Assembly (NCBI GenBank): GCA_016748015.1
Contig: JAAOMT010000183.1
Span: forward strand, 760,787 to 824,786
From: Geosiphon pyriformis uo1
Taxonomy: Eukaryota > Fungi > Glomeromycota
Direction: 5' to 3'
DNA length: 64,000 nt
Part shown: positions 1 to 12,660 of the stretch, in pieces
How the letters are laid out: every line of letters starts with the position of its first letter
Numbering within the stretch: position 1 is the stretch's first letter
The notes under the pieces: generated by a model
Database searches by the model: none
Told to the model about the DNA's origin: nothing
What the model saw: the letters and a program-made list of their open reading frames with translations, nothing else
Translations under genes and position numbers: made by a program

Positions 1-450
1 GTGATTAATAAATTACTGGTGCTGGTGTTTAATAGATTGGGATTTGATAAATTAACTACATCACTGGAATGTAATAAGGTTAATATTGGTATTGTCCTGA
101 TAATTGATTACTGGCATAGTTCAGGTTTAAAATTTGTAATTAGAATTTCAATATTGATTTTTCAATTGTGGATTATTTTCTTTAAAATGGCAATCTATTT
201 TTAGATGGCTTTGTCTACCACAGTAGTAACAATTTCACATTTCTATTTGTCATGGTTGATTTAATAATGATAACAAATGTGCTTGTTGCTGAATGCAATT
301 GGAATTTCTTGGGTTTTTGTGGTATTATAAAGATTAATATATTGTTTGATTGTTAGTTAAATATTCTTCCAATTTCTGATTGATTGAATCACTAAATTGT
401 TTTAATTTAGAATCCAATTCAGATGATTTATTTATTACTAGATTAATAGC

Positions 451-795
451 TTAAGTATGGTTGGCTTTTAGTTTAGCTGATTCAAAGTCTTTGGTATAAG
501 TAACTGTAGCTTGAAGAGTAGCTAGATGTAATAGGCATATGTGTTGTAAAATGCTACTGCATAATCTGTGAATAAACAGATTTAAGATTTGTGTCACTGT
601 AAAATAATCAGCATTAATGGCTTGGATTTGATGCAAATTGTAATAAAAGCATCCTAGGTAAGTAGTAACTGCTTTAGTATTCCCTTGTTTGATAATTGTA
701 AAAGTATTTGCTAAGCAATTAATGCTATTATTATTATTAAAATATCTCAAAAATTTAACTTTGAATGCATTAAAGTCTTGAGGTTTCTGGATCAA
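451..795 (-). pseudogene. gag: Gag capsid-domain fragment of element A
   Basis: ORF track translation; the surrounding frame is broken by stops. Confidence 0.8.
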
Positions 796-1762
796 GCTTT
801 AATATTATGAATTGGTAGTATTTTGAAGAAAATATGAAATTGTCTATAATGCTCTGGCATCATCCCATCCATTGGCTGTGATGGCTTTTTTTATATTGTT
901 AAGCTATACTTGGACATCATTTTTCTTGCCAGTAAATTTCTCAAGTTTTACAATTAAAGCATAGACCATTAATGCTAGTAGTAGTTGTTGTTGTTGTTAT
1001 GATTGTGGTTATTGTTGAAGTTGTTGCTAAAATGGTGGTTGTGGCTGTTGTTGTTGCTGTTTAGTAATTGGTACAACTGGTAATGAATCAATTACAATTA
1101 CTGGAGGTAAGTTTGAGGAACAATAAAAGTAGGGTTTGGATTGTTTTGATTTTGCTAAGTTAGAACAATCAGGTTTTGAATTTCTGCATTTTCTAAGATT
1201 GATTTTTGATAAGTAAATTTCTGATTTTTGTTTTTCTCTTTTTCTAAGTTGGTTATTTCCTAAGGACTAGCAGCTCCAAAATTAAGTTAAGATAGCAATG
1301 ATCAAAATCTTAATGGTATTGGTAATTATAATTTGAATCTTTTAAAGTAATTGCCATAAGTTCTTAATAAATTGGCTTTTTCTTAATTGCTTTAGAACAT
1401 TATTCTTGTTGATAGTGTTTTTACAGTTAATGTGGACATGTCTGCTAATGTTATGTTAATAATACTTCCTGGTATATGATAATATAATAGGTGAATAAAG
1501 GAAACTATTTTTGGCTTCTTTCAAGTAGATGGTTGTATCTTTTTTAGTGTTTTTATTAGTGTTTGTAGTTTTTCTTAATCTACAAAGGTAATAAAAAATT
1601 TTTGTTGTGCATAATTTCTAATTTCTTTATTTATTTCTGAAATTGTTAGTACAAACAAATAGTTTAAAGACAATATGGTGCTTTGGAATAATTTACTATT
1701 GAAGTTGTTGAGAGCAGTTTTTAAATCTTCTTTGGCTCTTAAGTATAATTTGATTTTTTTGT

Positions 1763-2590
1763 TGTTATGGAAGTGTTTTTTTGGTATATTTTAATTGTTG
1801 ATATCCTGTTTTAATTGCAATCAGTTTCTCTATTTTATGTGTTGGATATTAATGATAATGTACTGAAGGTTTTCTCTTGATGTTGTAATGTAAGTCTTCT
1901 TTTTAATTCTAGTTGTTTTTGTATATTGTGTACTCCTTCCCAAAGGCTAATCTGAAATCTACCTGCTGTTTGAGGTCTTTTCTAAGGCTATCCTTACAAT
2001 TGTCTGATGTGTTTCTCTAATCTAGAAACACGGAATGTTAATAGCCTTTTTGTAATTTTCTTAAGTATATAATAAAGCTTTTTCAATTTAATTAGTAACC
2101 ACATGAATAATTTTAATCAGGAATTATTCTTTCAAAGAGTTCAGAGATGGAATAATAGTTTTATTTGCTAAAAAGAGTATGTAAATTCTATTGTTAATTT
2201 TGTAATTGTGATGTTTATTCAATTTAATATTTTTTTATTAATTCTTTTTAAATAAGATTTTATTTAGATATTTGTTGCTTCGAGTTGAAGCTGTTTTATT
2301 CTTTATCATTAAACTATTGTATATATATATAATTATTGTTTTACAAAATAACATCTTGTAATACTCTATTTCTGTTATTTTTAAATAATGCTTGCTGCTT
2401 TTGCATGATAATGCTTGCTGCTTTTGCATGATAATGCTTGCTGCTATTGTAAAATAGTGCTTGCTGCTATTGCACGGTAGTGCTTGCTATTATTTGTAAA
2501 TTATTTCTTTTTATAAATTGTTGCTGTGCTATTTTATGATTGGTTAATTTAGATTATTTATAATTTCTATTAAATTCTTGAACTGTAACA
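1763..2590 (-). mobile_element. Solo LTR (828 bp) inserted in the leader/gag of element A
   Basis: Termini TGTTAT...TGTAACA, flanked by TTGT on both sides (1759-1762, 2591-2594). Removing it restores colinearity with element F near 56630. Orientation inferred from repeat position by analogy with the D LTR. Confidence 0.85.
2385..2499. repeat. 23-bp tandem repeat (about 5 copies, ATAATGCTTGCTGCTTTTGCATG) in the solo LTR
   Basis: Directly visible head-to-tail units that diverge rightwards. Confidence 0.9.
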
Positions 2591-2788
2591 TTGTTAATAT
2601 AGAAATTAAAAACTGATTCTACTGGTCAGTTATTATTTGTTAATCCAAAATAATTTTTATAATGCTGAAATAAAAATTTCGCAAATTTTAAATGGTTTTC
2701 TCTTATACTTTCTTGGTCTGCCACTTTTTCAGATAATAGTTGTTAATACTAGTTTTTTGTTAGATTATACTTCACAGAAAGCACCAAA

Positions 2789-3688
2789 TATTACAAGTAA
2801 TTATTTGAGATATTGATACAAATAACAAACTCATAATTTGGTACTTAATAAGTAATCAATAGGTAATATCTAAAAATTTTTGTGATCTGAAGATTTTGGT
2901 TGAGTTTTTTGTATAATAAGCAGAGATTTAATATTGAGATTTTGTTGTAATGTTCTTAATTTTTTTTCTAACTCATGAGTTGGTATGTGTTATTGTCCAT
3001 AACTTCTCAAAATATCTATTCTGTCAATTTTTTTTCAGCTTAATGACCAGTTTTCTAGTAAGCTATCTTTTAATTTTAAGTGTTTACTCTTATTTTTGGG
3101 TCTTTTACTAATTCTATTTCTGATGTTAGTACTTTAGCACTTTAACTTTTAATTAATTAATAAATAAAACAAAAAGAAAATAAAAGAAAATAAAGAGATA
3201 AGCCAAGATAAAAAAAAGTTAGTATCTTATCAATAACTATGATCAAGAGCTATTAGTCTAGTATAGTTAAGTATTAACAATTATTAACATGAATTATTGA
3301 TAGTGAAAAGATGGATTACAATATTAAATAAGTATTTTATTAATATTTAATGTTTTTACTTCAAGTTATAGAATACTATCATATAAAAGGATGAATCTGA
3401 AATAGAAACTGGAGGTTCTAAACTAATAATTCTTTTTTTTCTGCTTTTAATACTACCACTATATATACATAAATTTCATTGTATAAGAATTCTGAAATTT
3501 TTGGAATTCTGTAATTTCTTAAAAAAATTCTGGAATTCTAAAATTCTGCAATTCCTTATATAAAAATCCTGTAATTCTGAAATCCTGCAATTTCTTTAAG
3601 AAAAATTCTGGAATTCTACTTTTATTACATCTATTTTAATTGGCTAATTTATGTACTAATATATAATTCTTATATTTTATGAGTAACA
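2789..3688 (-). repeat. 5' LTR of element A (900 bp)
   Basis: Ends TATTAC (decayed TGTTAC)...GAGTAACA, adjacent to the PBS. Homologous to 47905-48822, 56826-57357 and the reverse complement of 26025-26949. GAATTCTG-type repeats at about 3487-3617. Confidence 0.85.
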
Positions 3689-6600
3689 ATACTATTTGTT
3701 ATCACAAGACATTATGTATTTTTCATATAATTAAATATTTATTTGCTTTAATTATTAAATTTAAGTTTTTTGGGTCAGATAAATGTGACTTGCAATTTGG
3801 TAATATGTTTTTACTTTATGTTTATAGTTAAATCCAGCTAATTTTATGGTGTACTTAATATATTTGGCTTTTTTTATTTAGTGAACATCTTTTTGGATTC
3901 TTTTGTTAATTAGAATCATAACCAGTTCATAGATTATTTTAGTATTATGTAAATAATAGTAGAGTTTGTTGAGAGTGCTGTTATATACTGCATCAAAAAA
4001 AGTTTTTTTTTTCACTTTTTTTGCTATTGAAAGTACATATTGATAGATTTAATTACAGACTTCTTCTTTTATTACAACATTAATTCAGTTGTATTTTTCT
4101 AGTAGTATTTTTTTATATATAAAACAAGAAGTGTTGCCCTATTTTTTATTTTATTTGGAGTATTCAAATTGTTTTCTATGGTATGCTTTGCAAAAATAAC
4201 AGATGTGTGTTTATATTTCTTTTTTGAAAATATATATGCTCCCATTAATAAAAGTTTTTTGTTATAATTTTTAAATTTTAGTGGAATATAAAGTGGTTGT
4301 TTTTGTGGTTTTGGTATAGAGTATTGAATAATATTCTATTCTCTGGTTTCCTCAAAGATTTTTGTTCTGTTTTCTCAGTTTAATTAAATGTTAATCTAAA
4401 AGACATATATGTTTTAGTAATTAGTATTTTTTTTTTCTTCAAATTCAAATACTGAGGCTTTTTCCAATTGTTTGTTAAAAGTACCGTATGTAATAGATAC
4501 CCAAATATATTGTTCTTGGTATAAGATTTTTAATTCCTGAGTTTTCCAATTTAGATTTGCATTGGCTTTAAAAAGCCAATTATTTCTGACAAAAGCTTGG
4601 TATTAGAGTGCATCCATAACAAGAATCTTGATTAAAATAGTAATTCCATTAATTATAAATAAAAAGTTGTCAATTTTACTCATTGGCATTTTCTTTATAC
4701 CATTAGCTATGACAATAACTGTTTGAGTGAATTTGTCAACAGTTTATTAAAGCTGTTGTATTAGTTGATAAGTAATAATACTTCCAGCAGATCTATTGTT
4801 CAAGATTAATCAAATTTGTTTTTCTTTTACTTTAGCTTCCATATATATTGCTGTAATTGCTTTTTGTTTATTAATAACTGTATTACTAAGTAAGAATGGT
4901 AATTTATTGGCTTCAAATTCGAATGAAAATATATCTGAGAGATTTGTATTTTGAGCAATTTGAGTTAATAAAATAGTATTGTTAGAAAAGTTTGATTTTG
5001 TACTGTAACTTTATCTTCATAAAGTGCAGTTTGTTGAAAATCTAGTTTTTTAGGCATTGTTAAATAACTTGGTTAAGTATAATAGTAATTGAGTTTTTGC
5101 TGACCAGAATTCTAGAAAACCAACTGGTTATTTGGGTTAATTTTGTTGTTATTATTTTAAAAGCAATTTTGAAGTGTAAATTGGTTTTGTTAAACCAATC
5201 TTTGAGCAAATACTTGATATTGTTGAGTAGATGGTGTTTGATATTGCTAAATTGGTAAAAATTGCTGGTATTGCTGCTGTATTAATTGTGGAACAGATTA
5301 ATAGTAACTGTTTTGATTTTGTGGTCTTAATAAATAATAAGTTGATAGTAAAGATTAATAGTAGAATTGCTGAGGGTAGAAATAATGTTAATTATTCCTT
5401 TGCTGTTGATCTCTTTGCATTTTATGGCAATCTCATTTTCAATGTCTTAAAATTTCATAATAATAGCAGTTCTAAGATTAATTGTTAAATAATAATAATA
5501 AGAAACTGCTTTGGTTTTGTTATTATAGAGGTTAATATCTTTGTGATTGCTGCTGTTATTGTTGATTAATAAAATAGTTTTCAATCTTTTTGGTAAGTTG
5601 ATCAATTTTTTTTTCAGCTGCTAAGCTGGTTTCTCCAATTGCAAAATTTACAAGTTTTGTTTGGTTGGTTTTTTTTATTGTTATTTCATAATTTTTTGCA
5701 TGTTAAATAGCAGCAGTTAAGTTTCTTGAAGCATGTAAGCAGACTTTCTTAATCAATTTATCTTTTAATTCTACTATAAATTGATCCAAAATCTGAGTAT
5801 TGGAATAGTAGTCATTGGTTTTTAATTGTCAAATTTGTTTGAGAAGTTTGTTAAATCTTCCAAGATAAGTTATAACAGTTTTAGATGATTTTTGTTTAAT
5901 ATTGTGAAAGTGATTTTGAAGAATAATAGAGATGTTATTATTAGTAAATTGTTCTAGGAAAGCATTTTTGAATGTTTGCCAGTTTTAAAAAGATTTAGTC
6001 AGATTTTCAAACTATTCTCCTGCTGTTTTTTGAAAAAAGTATGAGATTGTTTTTAACATTTTTGCTGCATTTTATCCATTTGTATTTCCTGTCTTCTGAA
6101 CTTTGTTAAGCTATTTTTGTGAGCTGGTGTTAGAATTTTTTTTTGTGAATTCAGTGATTTTTGTAATGTATATAGTTGTTATGTTTTCTATATTTTTATT
6201 TTTAATAGTTTCTTTCTCTGTGAATTCAGAAGTGTTTTTGTTGTTATCAGAGTAATTACTTTGGTTTTCTGCTAGGAAATTAAGAAGATTGGTACTGGTA
6301 AATATTGATTCTGGTTGTTAAATAAAACTTTTTGGTAAAGTGAAATCTTCAGGTCTCAAAAATTGGATAAGAAATGAATTAAAAGTTTGTGGTTGAGCAA
6401 GTAAAATTAGAAATGATATAATAGAAAATAATAATTTAATACTGGTTCTTTATTTAGGTGTTTGTAAGTATTTGGCAGTTGTTTTTGGTGTGTTGTGAGT
6501 TATATGGCTAATTCAAAGTGTTTTCTTCTTCTGTTTTCTGCTGTTGCTATTTTTTGGTTCTAATTTAAAGTTAAAAAAGTATTTGGACTGTACTGGGTAT

Positions 6601-7917
6601 TTTTCTTCATAATATTGAATAATATTAAAGTTGAGTTTGTAGAAGTAGATATTAAGTGTTTTACTGTTAAGATTTTTAGTTCTTAAGTAAAAATAGTGTA
6701 ATAGATTCTCATAGAAATTGCTTCTAACTTCTGAAACATTATAGTTTCTAAAAAAATAATTGTTAATACAATTTTTGATGTATTAATATAGTGTTTTCTT
6801 GAGAACTTTAATTCTATTTTAGATGTTAAATTTTTGCTTGCAGTGAGTGTAAATTAATTGATAATACTCTAAAGTTGTTGTGTTAATTGTGGTCATTACT
6901 TTGAATTGTTATTGCTATGTTATTTCTGTAAAAGAACACCAAATATTACCAGAGATTTTTGGTCTTTTTTCTTAAATGTTGTTAATGCCTATTTGTTATG
7001 AATTTAAGTTTTTTGGAAGCTAGTAAACCTCTAATAACTGAATTTATCTTCAAATTATTTCTTATAATTTGAATTGCTAGGCTTATAAGTGAAATAGCCA
7101 ATTTTGTACCAGTTACTTTGTATAGTTACATTGTAGTAAATGTCAACTCTTTTCTAAGAATTGCTTGTTTGAAAGTTCACTAAAATGTGTAGTTACTTTG
7201 CTGTAAAAGTCAATTCTTTTACAAAAATTTTGTCTGTAGACTACCCTAATAATTGTAATAAGAAAATAAAAAAAATAAAAAAAATGTAAAAGAAATAGAA
7301 TTTTATTAAGAAAATTGTTTTTTTATTCAGGCTTGGAGTTACTAACAAATTTATTGAAATTGGTAACTAATCAATTTCAAAATGTCAGTTGGATTTTAGG
7401 AAATTATTAAGTATAATAATCAAAGATTAAGTTTTTAAGTATTTATTTTTATTAATTTATAGAGATATGTAAAAAGATAATTGCTTTTAACTACAATATC
7501 TAAAATAGAAAATGTATTTTCTCGAAGAAAGAAGCTTTTTTTTATATGACTTGTTGTAATACTAGTTTATAAATTTGAACTTTCTTTTTTGCTATAATTT
7601 TAATGAACTAAAGATACATTTTAGTAAACTACAAATTATTTTGATTAACTATTAACTATTTTAGGAAATTATTTATTATTTTAGCAAATTTCTACAAATT
7701 TTGGTAAATTCTTGAATGTTAAATAGTTCAAAATATTGTGCAATTTAATCATCTTAATTTCTATGATACAAATTGGATTATTAATTAAATAGTAATTTTT
7801 GATAATTTGATTAAATAATAAGTAATAATTTGAAACAATATTAATATATACTAATTAATAATAAGAATTATAAGAGTAATTTCATGCTAATTAATAGCTA
7901 AAATTCTACTGGTAATA
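3689..7917 (-). mobile_element. Gypsy element B, 5' part (LTR, gag, protease), interrupted by element A; G-like family
   Basis: Degenerate LILDSGSAGSIIT protease motif at about 4775-4812, gag relic at about 5620-6200, decayed PBS at 6927-6941. LTR 6944-7917 matches the G LTR at 57358-57940. Confidence 0.8.
6944..7917 (-). repeat. 5' LTR of element B (974 bp)
   Basis: TATTACC...CTGGTAATA termini; aligns with 57358-57940. Confidence 0.8.
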
Positions 7918-10900
7918 ATAAATAAGTTTGGATTTTGAATATTTTTTTATTTAAATAATATAAATATATATATAAAATAAATTTAATAGATATTGGTAAA
8001 AGAGATGTATTTTCTATTTATTTCTGTTTTGTTTTTTTTACTGCTAAAACTACTTATTTTTATACATATTTTTAGTTTTACAAGATTGTTTTTAATTACT
8101 TGTTATTATTAACTATTATTTGCTATTTCTGTTGCTGCTTTGTTTTTTTACATTATAATTAGTTATTCTATATTATGGCTAGTTATTTTATATTATTGTG
8201 TGTTATCTTGTATTATTTTGAATTATAATATATTATTCTGCATTATTTTGTATTATCATGTTTTTCTAAGTTATCATATTTTTAATTATGTTTTTTCAAT
8301 ATTTTTGAATTGGTTTTTTTATTCAGGTAATATTATCTCTTCTTTTTGGAATTAAGCTTCTGTAAGATTACATGTATTTGTAAAAATTGTTCCTTCAGTA
8401 TAATATTTAATTGTTATATTAAGTATTGTTTTTTGTAGATCTTTAAACTATAAGTTTGTTATTTATTTTATGGTGTTAATTGTAATAGTTTTTAATGTAC
8501 TATCTAACAATATAATTAAACAATATTCAAAGACTGCATACAATTAGTAAGTTGTTTTGTAATATAGTGTTAAGTTGTTTTTTCTTACAAATTCTTCTAC
8601 TTGTTTGAAAGCTTTTTTATTAAAAATTTGTTAGTTAAAGTTTTTATATAGTGTCCTTAATTTTAGTTGTTTACTAATTTTAAAAAACTAATAGATTAGT
8701 AGAAGTTTTTTTTTTCATTTTCTAGCATTTTCTGGTATCTATTTTTCTATTATTAGTTTCAAGTTTAGTTTGTTTAAAGCTTTTTTAATTTCTTTAAGCT
8801 TTGTTCAACACATATCTTTTTTTTTAATTATTTATAAGAATAAGAATACTTAGTTTTAGTTGAACTTTTGTTCATCTTTTTTTTGTATAGATTTTGTATT
8901 ATATTTTTTTTTAATTGTAATTTCAATTGGTGTTGTGGATTGTTAAATTGCTTTAAATAGTTGTTTTAAAAGTTTTAAAATTTGATCTAAAAGATCTATG
9001 TTGAGAGTTTTATCATTTTTTTTTGTTGTTTTGGTCTTTATATATACTTAAATTTTCTAATTTAAATTATCACATATTAATTATAATTTAATAACTATAA
9101 TTGGTTCTAAATCTCATAATATATCTTTTGGTTTAATTAATAGAATTTGTATTTTTAGTTAAATAATAATAACTCTTGATTAATATAATAAATTTTAAGA
9201 TGCTTTTTATGTGTTATTTTTTTTAAAATTTTTTTTTTCAATTATAATTTGTAAGCTCTGTTGCTTAAAACTTTATATATATGAAATAATCTATTTTATT
9301 TTGGGTCAAACTTTTTATTTCTTAACTTTAATATAATATAATAATACTCTGTCTCCAATTTTAAATTTAATTGGTTGGTTGAATAAGTAATTATTATGTC
9401 TTTTTTTCTATTATTTCTGAGTATTATTAATATTGTTAGCTGTTATTTTACAATTTTTTTTAATGTTTCCATAAGCTGATATGTTTTTTAGTATAAAATA
9501 GCTTTAAAATTCTCTTTGGTAATTGTTTTTATTGAAAAAAAAGTATTTTTTGTTCAATAAGTAGAGTGGTTTTTTTTCTATAAACTAGTTTGAATAGTGT
9601 AAACTGAATAGTATTTTGCTTTAGTGTTTGATATACAAATAATACAAATAATACAAATAATATAAATACCTATTTTTGTGTATTTTTATAATTTATTTTT
9701 GCTAATGCTTTACATAATATTTAGTTAAATTGTTCTATTAGTCTATTTGTTTATAAATAATATAATAATAATAATGATTACTTTATTCCAAATTATTGGT
9801 TTAATTTAACTAATATACTATTGACAAAGTGAGTTTTTTGGTCATATAATAATTATTTCAAACATCTATGTTGGCAAATTAGATCTTGATGCACAAATTT
9901 GGCTACTGTTTTAGTGTTAGCCATTAAAATAGTTCTGGTTTTAAGTCATTTGATAAGATAATTAACAGTTACAGCAATATAATAATTTTTTTTAGATGTA
10001 ATTAAGAAAAAACCAACCAAATCAATTCTAATTTTATCAAATAAATTTCCAATTGGAATAGATTGAAGTGGTTCTGTAGTTCTGGCTTCTTCTCTTTGTT
10101 GATATAAGTTACAGTTAATAATGTACTTAAAAATATACTTATATATTATTGGCCAATAGTATAGATTTATTGTTTTTTTTAAGGTAGTGTTTTTATTAAA
10201 ATGTGTTGTAATTAGATCAAAGTGCATATTATATAAAACAGTTTCTTTTTTATTGTCTTTTATAACTTATTGTGAGGTAGTGTAGTTTTGGTATTCTCAA
10301 TGATATAGTTGGTTGTTTTGAATAAAGTAATTGCAAACTTGTTTCTATATAATACTTTGTTCCTGTTAAGATAATTTTTTTTGAACTGCAGTATTAATAG
10401 ATACTAATTTAATTGTTGATAAGTAGTTGTGTTTATAAGTTTGGAGTCAGATTTGCATTATTTTTAACAAATTGTCAGTGTTAGTATTTTTGGCTCCTTT
10501 TTTATAATGTATTTTGTATAAGAATTGCTGTAGATAAGTACTCTATTGTGCATATATTTTTTCCAATTATGGCTTGCTAAGTAATTAAATAAGTCTTTTG
10601 TAATCTATATATAAATTAAATAGTTGGAAAAGTTATTGTCTCCAATTTTGTACTGCCTAATAAATAACAAGACATTCCAAATCTGTTATGCTGTATATTT
10701 TTTCTACTGCACTAATACTGTAATTGGTATAAGCAATTAAGTGTTTTTAATTATCTAATCTAATTTGTAATAGAACAGCTTTTAATGTATTTTTTAAGAT
10801 GTTCATAGCAATAATAAAGTATTTATTAAAGTTTGAATAAATCAATATTAGTGTTTCTATTAGATATTGCTTAAGATAATTAAAAGTCTTTTGTTGTTTT

Positions 10901-12264
10901 TTTCTCTATAGATATAGAACATATTTTGATAGTTAATAATGAAATAGTTTTATAATATCTAAGAAATTTCTAATAAATTTACAGTAGTATCTAATCAGTC
11001 TTAAAAATTCTTTTAGTTTTCATAAATTGGTTGGGGCTAAAAAGTCTTTAATTTTACTTATTTTGTTTAAATTTGGTTTTACTTTGTCTTTTTTTATAAT
11101 ATGTTCCAAGAATTTTAGTTTGGTTTTTCTAAAAAAGCATTTATTCAGATTAAGTTTTAATTTAGTGCTTCATAGATATTTAAAAACTTGTTAAAAATAA
11201 AACAGATGATTATTAAACATTTTCAAAAATACATTGGTATTATTTAAATATATTACCATTGATTTTTAAAGAATTTTTTTATACACAACATTTATAAAAC
11301 ATTAAAAAATAGCTAGGATCTTACAAAATCCAAAGGATATTATATTGAATTTAAAGTTTCTATCTTGTATAATGAATGCTATTTTTTTTTGTCTTTGAAA
11401 TTCATTTCAACTTGCCAATATCTATTGGCTAAATTTAAAAAAAAAATTTATTTCTTATTTTTTAGATTATCCAGAATTTTTTAAATAAGGGAGGTCAAGT
11501 AGCTATCTTCTTAAATAATACTGTTAAGCTTTTAATAATCTATATAAAACTGTATTTTTTTATTTTTTTGGTAACCAATACTACTAAGAAGAACCAAAAG
11601 CTTAATGATTCTTTGATTAACTTATTGTTTAGTATTCTTTGTACTTCTTATTTAATTAGGTTGTTATCTGCTGAAATTACTTGGTAGATTTATTGTTTCA
11701 TAAATCTGACATCTTTTGTATTGATCTGATGTTTTATAATATCAATGTGTTCAAATTTGTTTTCACTGGAAAAAATATTGGCATATTGGTTCAAGAGAAC
11801 TTTAAGTTATATCTGTTGTAATGTACTTAAGTTTTCCAAGTTTAATTTGACAATCTTTTTCAATATAAACAGATAGCTTTTTTTTGATAAGTTTTATACT
11901 TACAAGATAATATTACAAAATAAAAAAATTGGGTAAAATCTGGAATAGGCTGGGGTCTTTCAGAATTTTGAATGTTTAGAAAAATAGAGCCAACAAGAGT
12001 TTTTTTAGAAATTTTAATAATCTTTTCTGTAGAATTGTAGATGGGAATTTTGAAATACTTATGCATTTTGGCAGATATATATAAATTGGCAATTTTAGCT
12101 AGAGAACAAATTTCTGGATTAGCTTTAAATAATAGAGCTTGATCCTAAATTTTCCAATCTATTTTTAGAATATACTGTCAATATAAGAGAATAGAGATAA
12201 TTATGTTAATATAAATAAGTTTTATCTGGTTACTATTATCTTTTATGAAATTAACTGGTATATA

Positions 12265-12660
12265 TTCTCTTTCACTTGATTCAAATTTCTTAATTTTTTA
12301 AGTAATAAGACTTAATTCTTTTTGTGTAATAACTAATATTAATTGCAGTATTTTTATAAAGGACAGAAAAATAGCTTGGGTGATTTTTTCTTGTAATTTG
12401 ATCATATAGAGTTTATTGAAATTGGTTTATAATATTACAATAATATTTTCTGTATATTTCAAATTAATAATTTTTTTTTTTATGTTGATTCTTTTTTTTG
12501 TAAGACGAAACTGAAATATAACTTAGACTATAGTACTAATAAGAATTTTTAAAGCAATTTTTATATCTATTTTTATAATAGAATAGAATACTATAACTAT
12601 AAAAAATTGTTCAAAGTATTTTAAATTGAATTCAGCATCATTTTTATTTGCTTTTTCAAG
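12265..12660 (-). pseudogene. dUTPase relic in the polyprotein of element C
   Basis: Minus-strand translation gives NDAEFNL (motif 1), II.LKYTENIIVIL (motif 3), EKITQAIFL (motif 4) and KFESS (motif 5 remnant) in order. Confidence 0.7.

Larger units (their letters stand above)
1..3688 (-). mobile_element. Gypsy element A, 5' part (LTR, PBS, degenerate gag); remainder lies left of the window
   Basis: ORF 451..795 is a retrotransposon Gag-like segment (FKVKFLRYF...IKQG...VTTYLGCF...QILNLFIHRL). PBS at 2772-2786 abuts an LTR. Colinear with element F at 55100-57350. Confidence 0.85.

Noticed and set aside
2385-2499. 23-bp repeats as a CRISPR array or coding repeat (ORF 2238..2429)
   Set aside because: There are no spacers, the unit is not a multiple of 3, and it lies within a TSD-flanked solo LTR.
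8140-8355. Short hydrophobic ORFs (also 24854..25090, 46143..46325, 52532..52747) as membrane peptides
   Set aside because: These are chance frames in T-rich LTR or antisense TE sequence.
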